Shown one piece after another: positions 1-9,874 of a stretch of DNA of 64,000 nucleotides. The stretch spans positions 1 to 64,000 of the IMG/VR virus record IMGVR_UViG_3300023184_009676; one strand, given 5' to 3'. The position numbers were made by a program, and so were the translations under genes. How positions within the stretch are numbered: position 1 is the first letter of the stretch; every line of letters begins with the position of its first letter. Source of the stretch: a virus. The notes under the pieces were generated by a model, which worked only from the letters and a program-made list of their open reading frames with translations, searched no databases and was not told the origin of the DNA.

Positions 1-771
1 AAAGAAGAAAAAGTAGAAATTATTTCCGAAAGTAAAGAAATCATTTCACAAATGCAAGAAAATAATGTAAAAAAGGAAAGAGAATATAATATGAAAATTA
101 CGTCTATACAAGATATTACCGACGAGAATTTGAAACAATGCAGTGCTTCTGTTATTACAGATTTCATTGCTTTTGAAATCAAAAAGGCCAGCGAATCTTT
201 CTCAGCCGAAAAAGCTGAAAAAGAAAACATGCTTCAAAAATTGCAAGCTCAACATGACGATTTAAACAAAAATGTTTCCGACATGAAAGCTACCATGGAA
301 GCTCTTTCAAAAGAAAAGAAAGACCGCGAAGACATGGATACATTTAATGCTCGCATGGGCGATGCTTGTGCCAAATACGATTTCCCACAGGACGTTGCAA
401 AAATTGTTGCTGATGATTTAAAGTCTTGTGCCGATGACGATATGTATGCCGCCTTTAAAGCCAAAGCTGAAACCCTTTTCCGTCCTTATTTGAAGAAAGC
501 CAAAGCTGAAGATATGGTTGAGGCTTCTGCCGCCAAAATTGAAGAAGTTAAAGAAGAGAAAGTAGACTCTAAGCAAGAAGAGACCAAGGCTTCGGAACAA
601 GTTAAAGAAGTTGCCAAGGAAGAGACAATTGCTTCTATCGTTGAAGAAGCCTTGGACAATTCCAAGCAAGAAAAAGCCAGTATGCCCAATTCTTCAAGTG
701 CTAGTGCACCTGGATTAAAGGAAAAATTCAAGCAAGCTTTTGCTGAAGAAAATTTTATTGTTAGATTATAA
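1..771 (+). CDS. C-terminal part of a capsid scaffold or protease-scaffold protein (5' end outside the window)
   Basis: Frame +1 is open from base 1 to TAA at 771. The protein is Glu/Lys/Ala-rich and coiled-coil-like and lies directly upstream of the decoration and major capsid genes. Confidence 0.6.
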   Translation, partial: KEEKVEIISESKEIISQMQENNVKKEREYNMKITSIQDITDENLKQCSASVITDFIAFEIKKASESFSAEKAEKENMLQKLQAQHDDLNKNVSDMKATMEALSKEKKDREDMDTFNARMGDACAKYDFPQDVAKIVADDLKSCADDDMYAAFKAKAETLFRPYLKKAKAEDMVEASAAKIEEVKEEKVDSKQEETKASEQVKEVAKEETIASIVEEALDNSKQEKASMPNSSSASAPGLKEKFKQAFAEENFIVRL

Positions 772-790
772 ACAAAAAAAAGGATAAATT

Positions 791-1396
791 ATGCCACTAT
801 TAAGACCATTCAGAGATTATAGCGAGAAAGATGTATTGAACATCTATACATTCTCGGGACAGACCAGCACCTCCCAAATCATCAACAGGGGTACCCTTGT
901 TCAGGTTGTTGGGCAGGGCTTTAGAAATGATAATGATCCCGTTAACATTATCGGAACTTACGGCGATTTCTCCGTAAATAACGTGCAAGCGTTGCGTTAC
1001 GGAACACCAGCCCAAGTGACCTATTATGGCACTGGAACTGGCACTGCTGGGACCAGCGGCGGTTTCCCTGGAGAATATCCACTCGGACTCACTTTGTTTG
1101 ATGTTCGTGAGCTCGATGAAAACTTGATTCCTCTCAAGTATAATCCTCGCAAAGCTGCTGAATTGGAAGCCTGTATTTCAGGTCAATCTGTTCCAGTTGT
1201 TGTGAGAGGTACATTCCTCTACAGCGGTTTAACTGGTACATTCAACGGTGGCGCTCCTATTTACGCGGGTTCTGGTGGTGTTATCACTGCTCAACCTCTG
1301 TCTTCTGGAACCACAATCGTTTCTACAAAAGTTGGCATCGCCCTTGGTTCTACTGGGGTAGATGGATCTGCGCTCATTCGCTTGACGTTGAACTGA
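791..1396 (+). CDS. Putative capsid decoration/cement protein
   Basis: 201 aa, Gly/Thr-rich beta protein between scaffold and MCP; AAGGA SD-like sequence upstream; codon usage like the MCP gene. Confidence 0.55.
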   Translation: MPLLRPFRDYSEKDVLNIYTFSGQTSTSQIINRGTLVQVVGQGFRNDNDPVNIIGTYGDFSVNNVQALRYGTPAQVTYYGTGTGTAGTSGGFPGEYPLGLTLFDVRELDENLIPLKYNPRKAAELEACISGQSVPVVVRGTFLYSGLTGTFNGGAPIYAGSGGVITAQPLSSGTTIVSTKVGIALGSTGVDGSALIRLTLN

Positions 1397-1431
1397 TTAT
1401 AGGATTATAAAGACAAAGGAGAAAATTATTT

Positions 1432-2664
1432 ATGGAAATCAAATTAAAAAATACACCAGAACAGGTTGAGCTTATCAAGGCGATGGGTTCAAAAAATTCA
1501 CAAGTTGCTCGTGAAGCAACTGAAGCCATTGCGGCATTTTTGGCCCCAGTCATCAAGAAAGTTCTTTTGACTGCTGGCACAGCGTCAACAGTTTATCGTG
1601 ACGTTGAATTCGACGAAGATTCGGATCCTTCGATCCCCTTGGATCTCTTCTACAATGAAGGCGCTGGATATGTCACCGTTTGGAGTCAATCCCAAGCTGG
1701 TGGTCTTCCAACCTCTCAAGTTGAAGGCATGAAGGAAGTTAAGTTTGGTACTTACCGCCTTGACTCTGCCGTTTCTTTCAACAAGAAATATGCCCGTAAG
1801 AGCCGCTTGGACGTTGTTTCCAAGGCTATTGAGCGTATGGTTAACGAAGTTTTGACCAAGCAGGAAAAGAATGCTTGGGCGGTTATTCTCAAAGCTCTCG
1901 CTGAAGCCTATACCCCAGTTTATGCTGGTGGTCAGGTTGCTCAGGCTACCTATGGTCACACAATTAACAGTGCTGCGAAGGGCACATTTACTCTCGCCGA
2001 CTTGAACAATCTTGTTGTTCGTATCAAGAGAATCAATGAGTCATACAGCGGAAACACCCCAATTCAGCCATACTCACATGGTATCACTGATTTGTATGTT
2101 TCTCCTGAAGTGAAAGCCAACATTCGTGCGTTTGCTTATAACCCAATTGCTACAAACCAAGTGGTTTCTGCTAGTGCCACAGTTGCTTCTGTTGACGCTG
2201 GTTGGGCTGGTACTCAGTATCTCAGCGATAACCTCCGTGACGAGGTTTTCAGACAGGCTGGTTTACAGAGCATCTATGGTGTAAACGTTGTTGAATTAGT
2301 CGAACTTGGTAACAGTCAGAAGTATAACACCTTGTTCACTGCTTTTGCTAACTCAACTCAGGGCAATCCTGCTGGATACCTTACAAATGGTTCTTCCACT
2401 CAGTATGCCTCTACTCAAACAACTGCTACATGGGTTAGCTCCGCTAATTCGCAGATCTGCGTAGGTATCGACAATACTCGTGGTGCTTATGTTCGCCCTG
2501 TGTCTGTGCAGGCTGAATCCGGTGGCACATTCTCTGTGCTCCCAGACGGTCAGTTTGATATGTATGGTTCACGCGTTCAGAAGGTCGGATTCTACGGGTT
2601 CCTCGAAGAAGGCCGCGTCTGTTTGGATGCTCGTTCTACAGTTGGTATCGTTATCAGCAACTAA
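1432..2664 (+). CDS. Major capsid protein (HK97-fold, inferred)
   Basis: 410 aa; AAGGAG SD; follows scaffold and decoration genes and is followed by a strong terminator. Segments such as RLDSAVSFNKKYARKSRLDVVSKAIERMVNEV, DLYVSPE and the C-terminal GFYGFLEEGRVCLD fit the HK97 backbone-helix/P-domain pattern. Confidence 0.8.
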   Translation: MEIKLKNTPEQVELIKAMGSKNSQVAREATEAIAAFLAPVIKKVLLTAGTASTVYRDVEFDEDSDPSIPLDLFYNEGAGYVTVWSQSQAGGLPTSQVEGMKEVKFGTYRLDSAVSFNKKYARKSRLDVVSKAIERMVNEVLTKQEKNAWAVILKALAEAYTPVYAGGQVAQATYGHTINSAAKGTFTLADLNNLVVRIKRINESYSGNTPIQPYSHGITDLYVSPEVKANIRAFAYNPIATNQVVSASATVASVDAGWAGTQYLSDNLRDEVFRQAGLQSIYGVNVVELVELGNSQKYNTLFTAFANSTQGNPAGYLTNGSSTQYASTQTTATWVSSANSQICVGIDNTRGAYVRPVSVQAESGGTFSVLPDGQFDMYGSRVQKVGFYGFLEEGRVCLDARSTVGIVISN

Positions 2665-2683
2665 TTGCTGTAATCTAATAAAT

Positions 2684-2715
2684 AAAACGGAAGGCCAAAA
2701 GCCTTCCGTTTTTTT
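2684..2715 (+). terminator. Rho-independent terminator after the MCP gene
   Basis: AAAACGGAAGGC-CAAAA-GCCTTCCGTTTT stem-loop followed by a T tract. Confidence 0.9.
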
Positions 2716-2781
2716 GTTTTTATATATTAGATATTTTTTATTTTAAAAGATATAATACACTATATAGATCAATTAATATTT

Positions 2782-3132
2782 ATGCCCAAAAAATTAAAAA
2801 AATTAGAAACACTCAAGCAGACTCATGCAAAAGAAGAAACGCAACAGATTACTTCTCTTGACGAAGTATGGGGGTACAATAGAAATTCTCGCTATCAAAC
2901 CATTGATGAAGCAACTTACGAAAGTTCTTTAAAAGAAATGACCCGTTCTGATTTGGAAAATCATGCTCGCGCATTGGGCAGCATCATTGTAGAAGATTCC
3001 GCAAGAATCAGAAATGAATTGATGAAATTATTTCGTGCTTATGTTTTGTCTTTAAAGAAACCCGCGCCCTCTACTGCTTCTAAAATAAAAGTGACTGCAG
3101 AAGTTCAAAAGATTTTGAATGAAGCTCGTTAA
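2782..3132 (+). CDS. Hypothetical protein (116 aa, helical, basic)
   Basis: Clean ORF between the terminator and the fibre gene. Confidence 0.6.
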   Translation: MPKKLKKLETLKQTHAKEETQQITSLDEVWGYNRNSRYQTIDEATYESSLKEMTRSDLENHARALGSIIVEDSARIRNELMKLFRAYVLSLKKPAPSTASKIKVTAEVQKILNEAR

Positions 3133-3157
3133 TTGTATAATTATTTTTTGCTGATAT

Positions 3158-3164
3158 GTGTAAT
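3158..3164 (+). promoter_or_regulatory. GTGTAAT motif, putative late promoter
   Basis: 8 nt upstream of ATG 3173; the motif recurs before many structural genes. Confidence 0.55.
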
Positions 3165-3172
3165 AATACTAT

Positions 3173-6100
3173 ATGTCAGCATTTGATTCGACGATAAGGC
3201 TAAGGCAAGCAAACCAACCTGAATTTTCTGGATATACTGTCCAAGTTATCCAGAATTATCTTTCTGGAAATCCTCCACTTCCATCTACAGGAGTTCTTTC
3301 TGGTGTATTTTATCCATTAGTTACTAACCCAAGTGGTTTTGTAACTAGCTCACAGACGGGAGTATTTAAAACTCAAACAGATTTAAATAGCCTCTATACT
3401 CAAACTCTTTATTATGTTGGGCAAAATTATTACCCCAATACAAATCCAAGTGGTTATATAACTGGAGTTGATTTTAGCGGTGGTAATTTTAGCGGTAATT
3501 TAAGTGGAGTAGTTTATACAACTGGTGATCAAACAATCTCTGGAATTAAAACTTTTATAAATCAAAGTAATTTTTCTGGAGCTGTAAATGTTAAAAATCT
3601 TACTCAAATTACTGACATATTAGGACTTGCTGGATCTATATCTGTAGGAAATGCCTCTAATAATAGCAAATTACTTTTAACTTTTGATGGTACTTATGAT
3701 CCAAGTATTTATGCTATTGATGATTCTTATAATTATTATCCCTTAAATCTAAAAGGATCTGAAATTTTCCTTAATCAATTTGACGGCGGAAATGTTGGAA
3801 TAAATACTCCTTCATTATTTTATGCTTTAGATGTAAATGGTACAATTGGAAATTCTAATGGAAATTTAATAATTGGCTCAACAAATAATCCTAGCCCCAA
3901 TGGTAATGGAATACAAATAATTGCTGGTCAAGCTCAATCCTATCCAGCCACTCAAGAAGGTGGCGGCATTTTAATTAATGCTGGTAACGATTTAAATGCC
4001 GGTAATGGACCAGGGTCAATTACATTAAACGCTGGAGACGCGAATGCCTTCAACGGAGGAGACGTAAATTTAAATGCAGGAGATAGTTCTGATGATTATT
4101 TTGAAGCCCGCATTGGAGGAAACGTAATTTTAACTGCTGGTTCTGCTCCATCTGGAAATGGATCAATTCAATTGTTAAATGGTAATGTTGGAATAAAAAC
4201 TTCTTCCCCAAATTATACCCTTGATGTCAATGGCTCAGGAAATTTTAGGAGTGGATTGTATGTAAGTGGAATTGCAGTTTTAACAGGCGTCCCTACAGTA
4301 ACAGTTACAAACGCAGTTTATACAACTGGAAACCAAAGTATTTCTGGAATCAAAACTTTTTTAACTGGCATAGTTGTGAATGGGTCTTTGATCCAAGGAA
4401 ATGGCAATATTGCAAGTGGTCTTTATTCCCATGCAGAAGGATCTGCTACAATTGCAAGTGGACAATATTCTCACGCAGAAGGCGCGCAAACAATTACTAA
4501 GGGACCATACAGTCACGCAGAAGGAGTATATTCAATTGCTTCTGGATATGGTTCTCATGCCGAAGGACTTACTACCATATCATCTGGCGGTTATTCACAT
4601 GCAGAGGGTTGGTTAGCAATATCAAGTGGAGATTATTCCCACGCTGAAGGATATGGCACATTTTCAGTTGGTCTTGCTTCCCATGCAGAAGGTTCAAGTA
4701 ATTATGCAAGGGGCGCAACATCTCATGCTGAAGGTGGAGGAACAACGGCATTTGGGCAAAGTTCTCATTCAGAAGGTACATATACATATGCAAGTGGGAT
4801 TTCTTCTCACGCAGAAGGAAATAATACATTTTCTATTGGCCAAAATTCACACTCAGAAGGAATTTCTACAAATGCAAATGGACAAGCTTCTCATGCAGAG
4901 GGTGATAGCACAATTGCAGATGGATACGTTTCTCATGCAGAAGGTGTTTCAACAATTGCAAATGGAACTTCTTCTCATGCCGAAGGAGGATATAGTATTG
5001 CGTATGGAGAAGAGTCTCATGCAGAAGGAGACGCCAATCAAGCAATTGGATTTGCTTCTCACGCAGAAGGAACTTTAACTTATGCAAACGGAGAAAATTC
5101 TCATGCAGAAGGAAATAGTACATATGCAAATGGACTTAATTCTCATTCGGAAGGATATCTTACTTACGCTTACAAAGATGATTCTCACTCAGAAGGATTT
5201 GTAACAATTGCCTCTGGACTTTATTCTCATTCAGAGGGTCTTTATACTGTAACTGTTGGAGCAGGGTCTCATGCAGAAGGAGCTTGGACAATTGCATCAG
5301 GAGATTACCAACATGTTGGTGGAAAATACAATCTGCCAAATCTTACTTCATTATTGATAATAGGAAATGGTACTTCAACTGGTGCTCGCTCAAATATCCT
5401 AACAATAGAATCCGGCGGATTAAATGTTTATGGCTCTGGTAATTTTACGGGCGGCCTTTATATAAATGGAGTGGCAGTTTCTACTGGCGCATCATCTTCT
5501 TCTGCTGCCGGAGTTTCTCAATTAAATACATTAACTGGAAATTTATCAATCGTAGGAGTGAGTGGAGTATCTGTTTATACAAGTGGAGCATCAGGGATAA
5601 TAATTTCTGGAAATTTTAATACTGGATCATTTGTTACAACCGGTCAGACTGGCAATTTCGTTACCACTTCCCAGACTGGTAACGCAAACACTCTCGGTGG
5701 TCAATCGGGATCGTATTACCTTAATTTGGCGAACCAAACTGGTTCCCTTGCGGGGACTGGCGCTTTTATAACTTCGGGTCAAACGGGAGTATTTGTGACC
5801 ACTGGTCAAACTGGAAGCTTTATAACCTCTGGTCAAACTGGAGTTTTCGTTACAACAGGTCAAACTGGCGTTTTTGCAACATCTACGAATTTAATTTCTA
5901 CAGGTTCTAATTTGCAAGGACAAATTACTAATCTCAGTGGAACGTTAACAGGAAATTACGCAACCAGTGGTTTCGGTGCATCGACCTATGCGACCATTAC
6001 CAATTTGGCCTCGACTGGCTCAACTTTACAGGGCCAAATTACTTCGTTAAGCGGAACTCTTACGGGTAATTATGCGACCAGTGGCTTTGGGGCATCGACC

Positions 6101-7690
6101 TATGCGACCATTACCAATTTAGGTTTAACTGGGGCACAGATTACGAGTCTTAGCGGAACATTAACAGGGAACTATGTTTTAACAACGACTGCAACGGGTA
6201 TTAGTGGGGCATTGACTACATCCATTGCCTCTACGGGATCAAACTTACAGGGGCAGATCAATGGTTTAAGCGGTAAAGTAATATTTACTACTGGTACTCA
6301 AACGATAAGCGGAGTTGGCATCAACAGCATTTTATCTGTTCTTGCTCCTTCTGGATTAACTGGCGATTATTATAACGCACTTGATTCTGGAAGAAACTCC
6401 GTATTTAGAGTTGGCCCAATTACCAATGGAACAAGATTAGCCCTATTCCCTTCTGGAAATCCAACAGCCTGGGGCAAACTTTCAATTGAACCGGACCCTG
6501 CATATGCAGCAGGTTGGGCAACATTTTTGGGAGTATCTACCAATGGAAATGGTGGAAGAATATATCTTTGCGGTCTTGATACAGCGGGTGCTCCAATACA
6601 AGGTTTTACAGCCTTAAATCTTTCTTACGTTAAAACTGTTGAAAGTTTTCCTTCTAAATTATCCATGCAAGCCAATGACAATGGTTTGGGATATAATTCA
6701 GCAAGTGTAAGTGCAATTGCTGGTGGAATTGGTGATCTTGTTCTTGCTGTTGGTAGTGCTGGTGGATTTATTACAAACGCGCAGATTAATACAAACAATA
6801 CCGCCTCTTTATCTTTTAAATCTTATAACAATACTGGTCAGCAATATGTCGCTCAACATCCAGAAGCTTATACTTTTGATACAGCATATAATGTGCCTAG
6901 TTTGGGCGGTCTTCAACATACCCGTTGGAAAGTTAGTGGATCAAATATCATGTCGCTCAATCCTTCGGGAAGACTTGGTATCAGAACAGATTCACCAAAT
7001 TATCAATTGGAAGTAATTGGTTCAGGAAACTTCTCAAGTGGTCTTTATGTAAGTGGTTTTTCTGTTTTAACTGGGGAGCCTTTCGCAATTAGTTTGAGTG
7101 GATTATTTTCTACTGGCAATCAAACTGGAACATTAGCAATAAGCGGCACAAAAACATTTACCGGAGTTGTTAACTTTAATAGTGCTACATTTGTTAATCG
7201 CCCAACTGTTAATGGAACAGGAGTTTTATTAAGTGGCGAAGCCTCTTCCGCTACGGTATCAAACGTTGTTTATACAACCGGAAATAGCACTCAAACAATT
7301 AGTGGCAGTTTAACTGTTACTGGTCACTTCTCTGCCAATACAAAGTCTTTCTTAATTAATCATCCAACACAAGTTGGGAGAAAATTACAATATGGAAGTT
7401 TAGAATCACCTTATCATGGAGTGAGATTAACTGGCAAAGGTAAAATAAAAAATGGTATATGTCAGGTGGAATTACCAGAATATATCAAAGGATTAGTTCA
7501 TCAAGAAGAAGTTAATATTCAAATTACCAATATTAATCATGATAAAATTCTATATGTAAAGTGGATAGATATAAATAATAATAATTTTATTATTGGTTGT
7601 AATAATGATTTTAATAATAATGAATATGAATTTTATTGGAGTTTCACAGCTGTGAGAAAAGACGTGGAATATTTAAAGGTCGAATATTAA
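3173..7690 (+). CDS. Long fibre/spike protein with YadA-like beta-roll repeats and a C-terminal KSFxIxHP domain
   Basis: 1505 aa; GNVGIxTxxPxYxLDVNG fibre motifs, 21 SH(A/S)EG 14-aa repeats, TGQTG and STGSNLQGQI repeats. Confidence 0.75.
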   Translation: MSAFDSTIRLRQANQPEFSGYTVQVIQNYLSGNPPLPSTGVLSGVFYPLVTNPSGFVTSSQTGVFKTQTDLNSLYTQTLYYVGQNYYPNTNPSGYITGVDFSGGNFSGNLSGVVYTTGDQTISGIKTFINQSNFSGAVNVKNLTQITDILGLAGSISVGNASNNSKLLLTFDGTYDPSIYAIDDSYNYYPLNLKGSEIFLNQFDGGNVGINTPSLFYALDVNGTIGNSNGNLIIGSTNNPSPNGNGIQIIAGQAQSYPATQEGGGILINAGNDLNAGNGPGSITLNAGDANAFNGGDVNLNAGDSSDDYFEARIGGNVILTAGSAPSGNGSIQLLNGNVGIKTSSPNYTLDVNGSGNFRSGLYVSGIAVLTGVPTVTVTNAVYTTGNQSISGIKTFLTGIVVNGSLIQGNGNIASGLYSHAEGSATIASGQYSHAEGAQTITKGPYSHAEGVYSIASGYGSHAEGLTTISSGGYSHAEGWLAISSGDYSHAEGYGTFSVGLASHAEGSSNYARGATSHAEGGGTTAFGQSSHSEGTYTYASGISSHAEGNNTFSIGQNSHSEGISTNANGQASHAEGDSTIADGYVSHAEGVSTIANGTSSHAEGGYSIAYGEESHAEGDANQAIGFASHAEGTLTYANGENSHAEGNSTYANGLNSHSEGYLTYAYKDDSHSEGFVTIASGLYSHSEGLYTVTVGAGSHAEGAWTIASGDYQHVGGKYNLPNLTSLLIIGNGTSTGARSNILTIESGGLNVYGSGNFTGGLYINGVAVSTGASSSSAAGVSQLNTLTGNLSIVGVSGVSVYTSGASGIIISGNFNTGSFVTTGQTGNFVTTSQTGNANTLGGQSGSYYLNLANQTGSLAGTGAFITSGQTGVFVTTGQTGSFITSGQTGVFVTTGQTGVFATSTNLISTGSNLQGQITNLSGTLTGNYATSGFGASTYATITNLASTGSTLQGQITSLSGTLTGNYATSGFGASTYATITNLGLTGAQITSLSGTLTGNYVLTTTATGISGALTTSIASTGSNLQGQINGLSGKVIFTTGTQTISGVGINSILSVLAPSGLTGDYYNALDSGRNSVFRVGPITNGTRLALFPSGNPTAWGKLSIEPDPAYAAGWATFLGVSTNGNGGRIYLCGLDTAGAPIQGFTALNLSYVKTVESFPSKLSMQANDNGLGYNSASVSAIAGGIGDLVLAVGSAGGFITNAQINTNNTASLSFKSYNNTGQQYVAQHPEAYTFDTAYNVPSLGGLQHTRWKVSGSNIMSLNPSGRLGIRTDSPNYQLEVIGSGNFSSGLYVSGFSVLTGEPFAISLSGLFSTGNQTGTLAISGTKTFTGVVNFNSATFVNRPTVNGTGVLLSGEASSATVSNVVYTTGNSTQTISGSLTVTGHFSANTKSFLINHPTQVGRKLQYGSLESPYHGVRLTGKGKIKNGICQVELPEYIKGLVHQEEVNIQITNINHDKILYVKWIDINNNNFIIGCNNDFNNNEYEFYWSFTAVRKDVEYLKVEY
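4409..5290 (+). repeat. 21 tandem 42-bp (14-aa) coding repeats, xxxGxxSH(A/S)EGxxx
   Basis: Counted in the translation; the period matches left-handed beta-roll adhesin heads of the YadA type. Confidence 0.9.
5978..6120 (+). repeat. Exact 29-bp direct repeat (5978-6006 and 6092-6120) within a 114-bp coding duplication
   Basis: GCATCGACCTATGCGACCATTACCAATTT occurs twice; the peptide LSGTLTGNYATSGFGASTYATITNL is duplicated. Confidence 0.85.
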
Positions 7691-8515
7691 ATGAAAAAAT
7701 TAATCTTAACAAATTGTAAAATTTGCGGAGAAGTGAAAAGTTCCAGAGGATTTTCTTTTCATATTTCTCAATCTCATGGTATTTCTGTCGAAAATTATAT
7801 TTTAAAATATGAATTAAATAATGAACCACCAAAATGTAAATGTGGATGTGGGCAAATTGTAACTATCCGTAATTATTGTATTATGGATTATAAAAATAGA
7901 CATTGTCCTACTTCTGGTTTCCAAATTGGTGAACCAGTAAAGAGGGGTAATCCTGAAAAATATAAAATTAATTTAAAAAAAGGAATAAATAATTATCATA
8001 AAAAAATGAGAAAAGAAAATCCATTATATAATAGTGGAAAAAATAATAATTTTTATGGAAGATCTCATTCAGCTAAAACTAAAAAAATAATTAAGGAAAA
8101 AGTAATTGAACAAATAAAATCTGGAAATCACGCTTTCATAGGCAATATTAAATCTAGAAGTAAAAAAACAAGTTTAGAAATAAAATTTGAAAAACATTTA
8201 CAACAAAAGAACTTAGATTATGAATATAATTTTAAAGTTAGCTACCCATGTAAAGATGGATATTTAAAATATAAATATTATGATTTTTATCTTAAAGATT
8301 TTAATTTATTAATAGAAATTCATGGAAATTATTGGCACCCAAAAGAGAATAACAAAAATCTCTCCGAAATACAAAAGAAAAATTTTCAAAACGATATTTT
8401 TAAAAAAGAATTAGCTCAGAAAAATGGTTATAAATTAATAGCGATATTTGAAAACGAATTAGACAATTTTATAAAAAAAGAAGAACTCTCTTCTTTATTG
8501 GAGGTTGAAATCTAA
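7691..8515 (+). CDS. Putative free-standing homing endonuclease (Zn finger, NUMOD3-like segment, DUF559/Vsr-like PD-(D/E)xK domain)
   Basis: CKIC..H...H, CKCGCG, NNFYGRSHSAKTK and YDFYLKDFNLLIEIHGNYWH motifs; very AT- and Lys-rich compared with the flanking genes. Confidence 0.7.
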   Translation: MKKLILTNCKICGEVKSSRGFSFHISQSHGISVENYILKYELNNEPPKCKCGCGQIVTIRNYCIMDYKNRHCPTSGFQIGEPVKRGNPEKYKINLKKGINNYHKKMRKENPLYNSGKNNNFYGRSHSAKTKKIIKEKVIEQIKSGNHAFIGNIKSRSKKTSLEIKFEKHLQQKNLDYEYNFKVSYPCKDGYLKYKYYDFYLKDFNLLIEIHGNYWHPKENNKNLSEIQKKNFQNDIFKKELAQKNGYKLIAIFENELDNFIKKEELSSLLEVEI

Positions 8516-8516
8516 T

Positions 8517-9197
8517 ATGTCAGTTAATCGTGGGCCAAAAATTGTTAGAGATGGGTTGGTATTGTGCTTGGATGCCGCCGATAAAAATTCTTATTCTGGC
8601 GCAGGAACAGTTTGGAAAGATTTAAGCAGTTTAAATAATAACGGAACTCTTACAAATGGCCCTACTTATAGTAGCATTAATAATGGTTCTGTAGTATTTG
8701 ATGGAGTTGATGATTATGTTCCTTTTGTTTCTAACCCTTCATTAACAAATCAAATAACTGTCGAAGCATGGATCAATTTAAGTGCCCCATCACCTAATGC
8801 AAATGGATGCGTGCTTGGCAGAGAGGGCTCATATAGATTAATATACAATACAACTAGTTTCACTTGGGTTTGTGCTACTATTAATAATGCATGGTATACT
8901 GCGGGAACTAATATTCAGCCATCTTTTTCAACAACAAATGGCATATGTAATGTAGTTGGAACATATGATGGTTCAAAAAATAGTGTTTATATAAATGGGG
9001 CTTTAGCAACTACTGGAAGCGCCATATCTGGAAATATATTAACTGCTGGAACTTATTATTTATTTAGAAACGATTCAGCAAATATATCTTATGGAAAAGG
9101 AAATTTATATTCACATAGAATATATAATAGGGGATTATCTTCTTCTGAAGTTTTACAAAACTATAATGCCACAAAAGGGAGGTTTAATTTAGTATGA
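8517..9197 (+). CDS. LamG/concanavalin A-like lectin domain virion protein, paralog 1
   Basis: GPKIVRDGLVLCLDAA...FDGVDDY...YNRGLSSSEVLQNYNATKGRF. ATG 8517 is preferred over TTG 8505 by alignment with the paralogs. Confidence 0.75.
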   Translation: MSVNRGPKIVRDGLVLCLDAADKNSYSGAGTVWKDLSSLNNNGTLTNGPTYSSINNGSVVFDGVDDYVPFVSNPSLTNQITVEAWINLSAPSPNANGCVLGREGSYRLIYNTTSFTWVCATINNAWYTAGTNIQPSFSTTNGICNVVGTYDGSKNSVYINGALATTGSAISGNILTAGTYYLFRNDSANISYGKGNLYSHRIYNRGLSSSEVLQNYNATKGRFNLV

Positions 9198-9874
9198 GAT
9201 ATGGGCCCTCAATAGTTAAAAATGGATTGGTATTATGTTTGGATGCTGCCGATAGGAATTCTTATTCTGGCACTGGAACAGTTTGGAAAGATATTAGCGC
9301 CAATAATAATAGTGCAACATTAGCTGCTGGTCCAGGTTATAGTTTTTCTAATGGTGGATATTTTACTTTTAATGGAAGCACTCAATATGCATTGGTTAAT
9401 AATTCAATAATATCTTCTGTAACAAATAGTTCTATATTTATATGGTTTTATCCAACTGCAGCAGGTCAAATTATTAGTGAATTAGGGCAATCTGCCATTA
9501 ACACCAGCTATCATGATTCTAATATAGAGATATCATCAGGCGGGGTCATTTCATTTTCTTGTTGGCATGGATCTTTAACTAATAAAGTTACTTCAGCGCA
9601 ATCTTTTAATTCTTGGTATTATTTAGGGTTTAGTTATTCTGGTACTTTATTGACTGCATATATAAATGGGATAAGTGTAGGTACAACCACATTTACTAGG
9701 AGTGGTCCAGGTTCTTTATATTATGGATTATGCGCTACTGACACTACAAATATGGGAACATTAGGATATGGTGCGGGAAGCATGGGAAATTTTAAAGTTT
9801 ACAATAGAGGTTTATCTGCATCAGAAGTTTTGCAAAACTATAACGCCTTAAAAGGGAGATTTAAATCGTTATGA
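9194..9874 (+). CDS. LamG-like lectin domain virion protein, paralog 2
   Basis: Same conserved N- and C-terminal frame as paralog 1 with a divergent core; ATGA-type overlap. Confidence 0.75.
   Translation: MRYGPSIVKNGLVLCLDAADRNSYSGTGTVWKDISANNNSATLAAGPGYSFSNGGYFTFNGSTQYALVNNSIISSVTNSSIFIWFYPTAAGQIISELGQSAINTSYHDSNIEISSGGVISFSCWHGSLTNKVTSAQSFNSWYYLGFSYSGTLLTAYINGISVGTTTFTRSGPGSLYYGLCATDTTNMGTLGYGAGSMGNFKVYNRGLSASEVLQNYNALKGRFKSL

Noticed and set aside
4409-5290. Regular 42-bp periodic repeat resembling a CRISPR array
   Set aside because: The repeats are in-frame and vary at synonymous positions; they encode SHAEG beta-roll units. There are no identical repeats with unique spacers and no cas genes.
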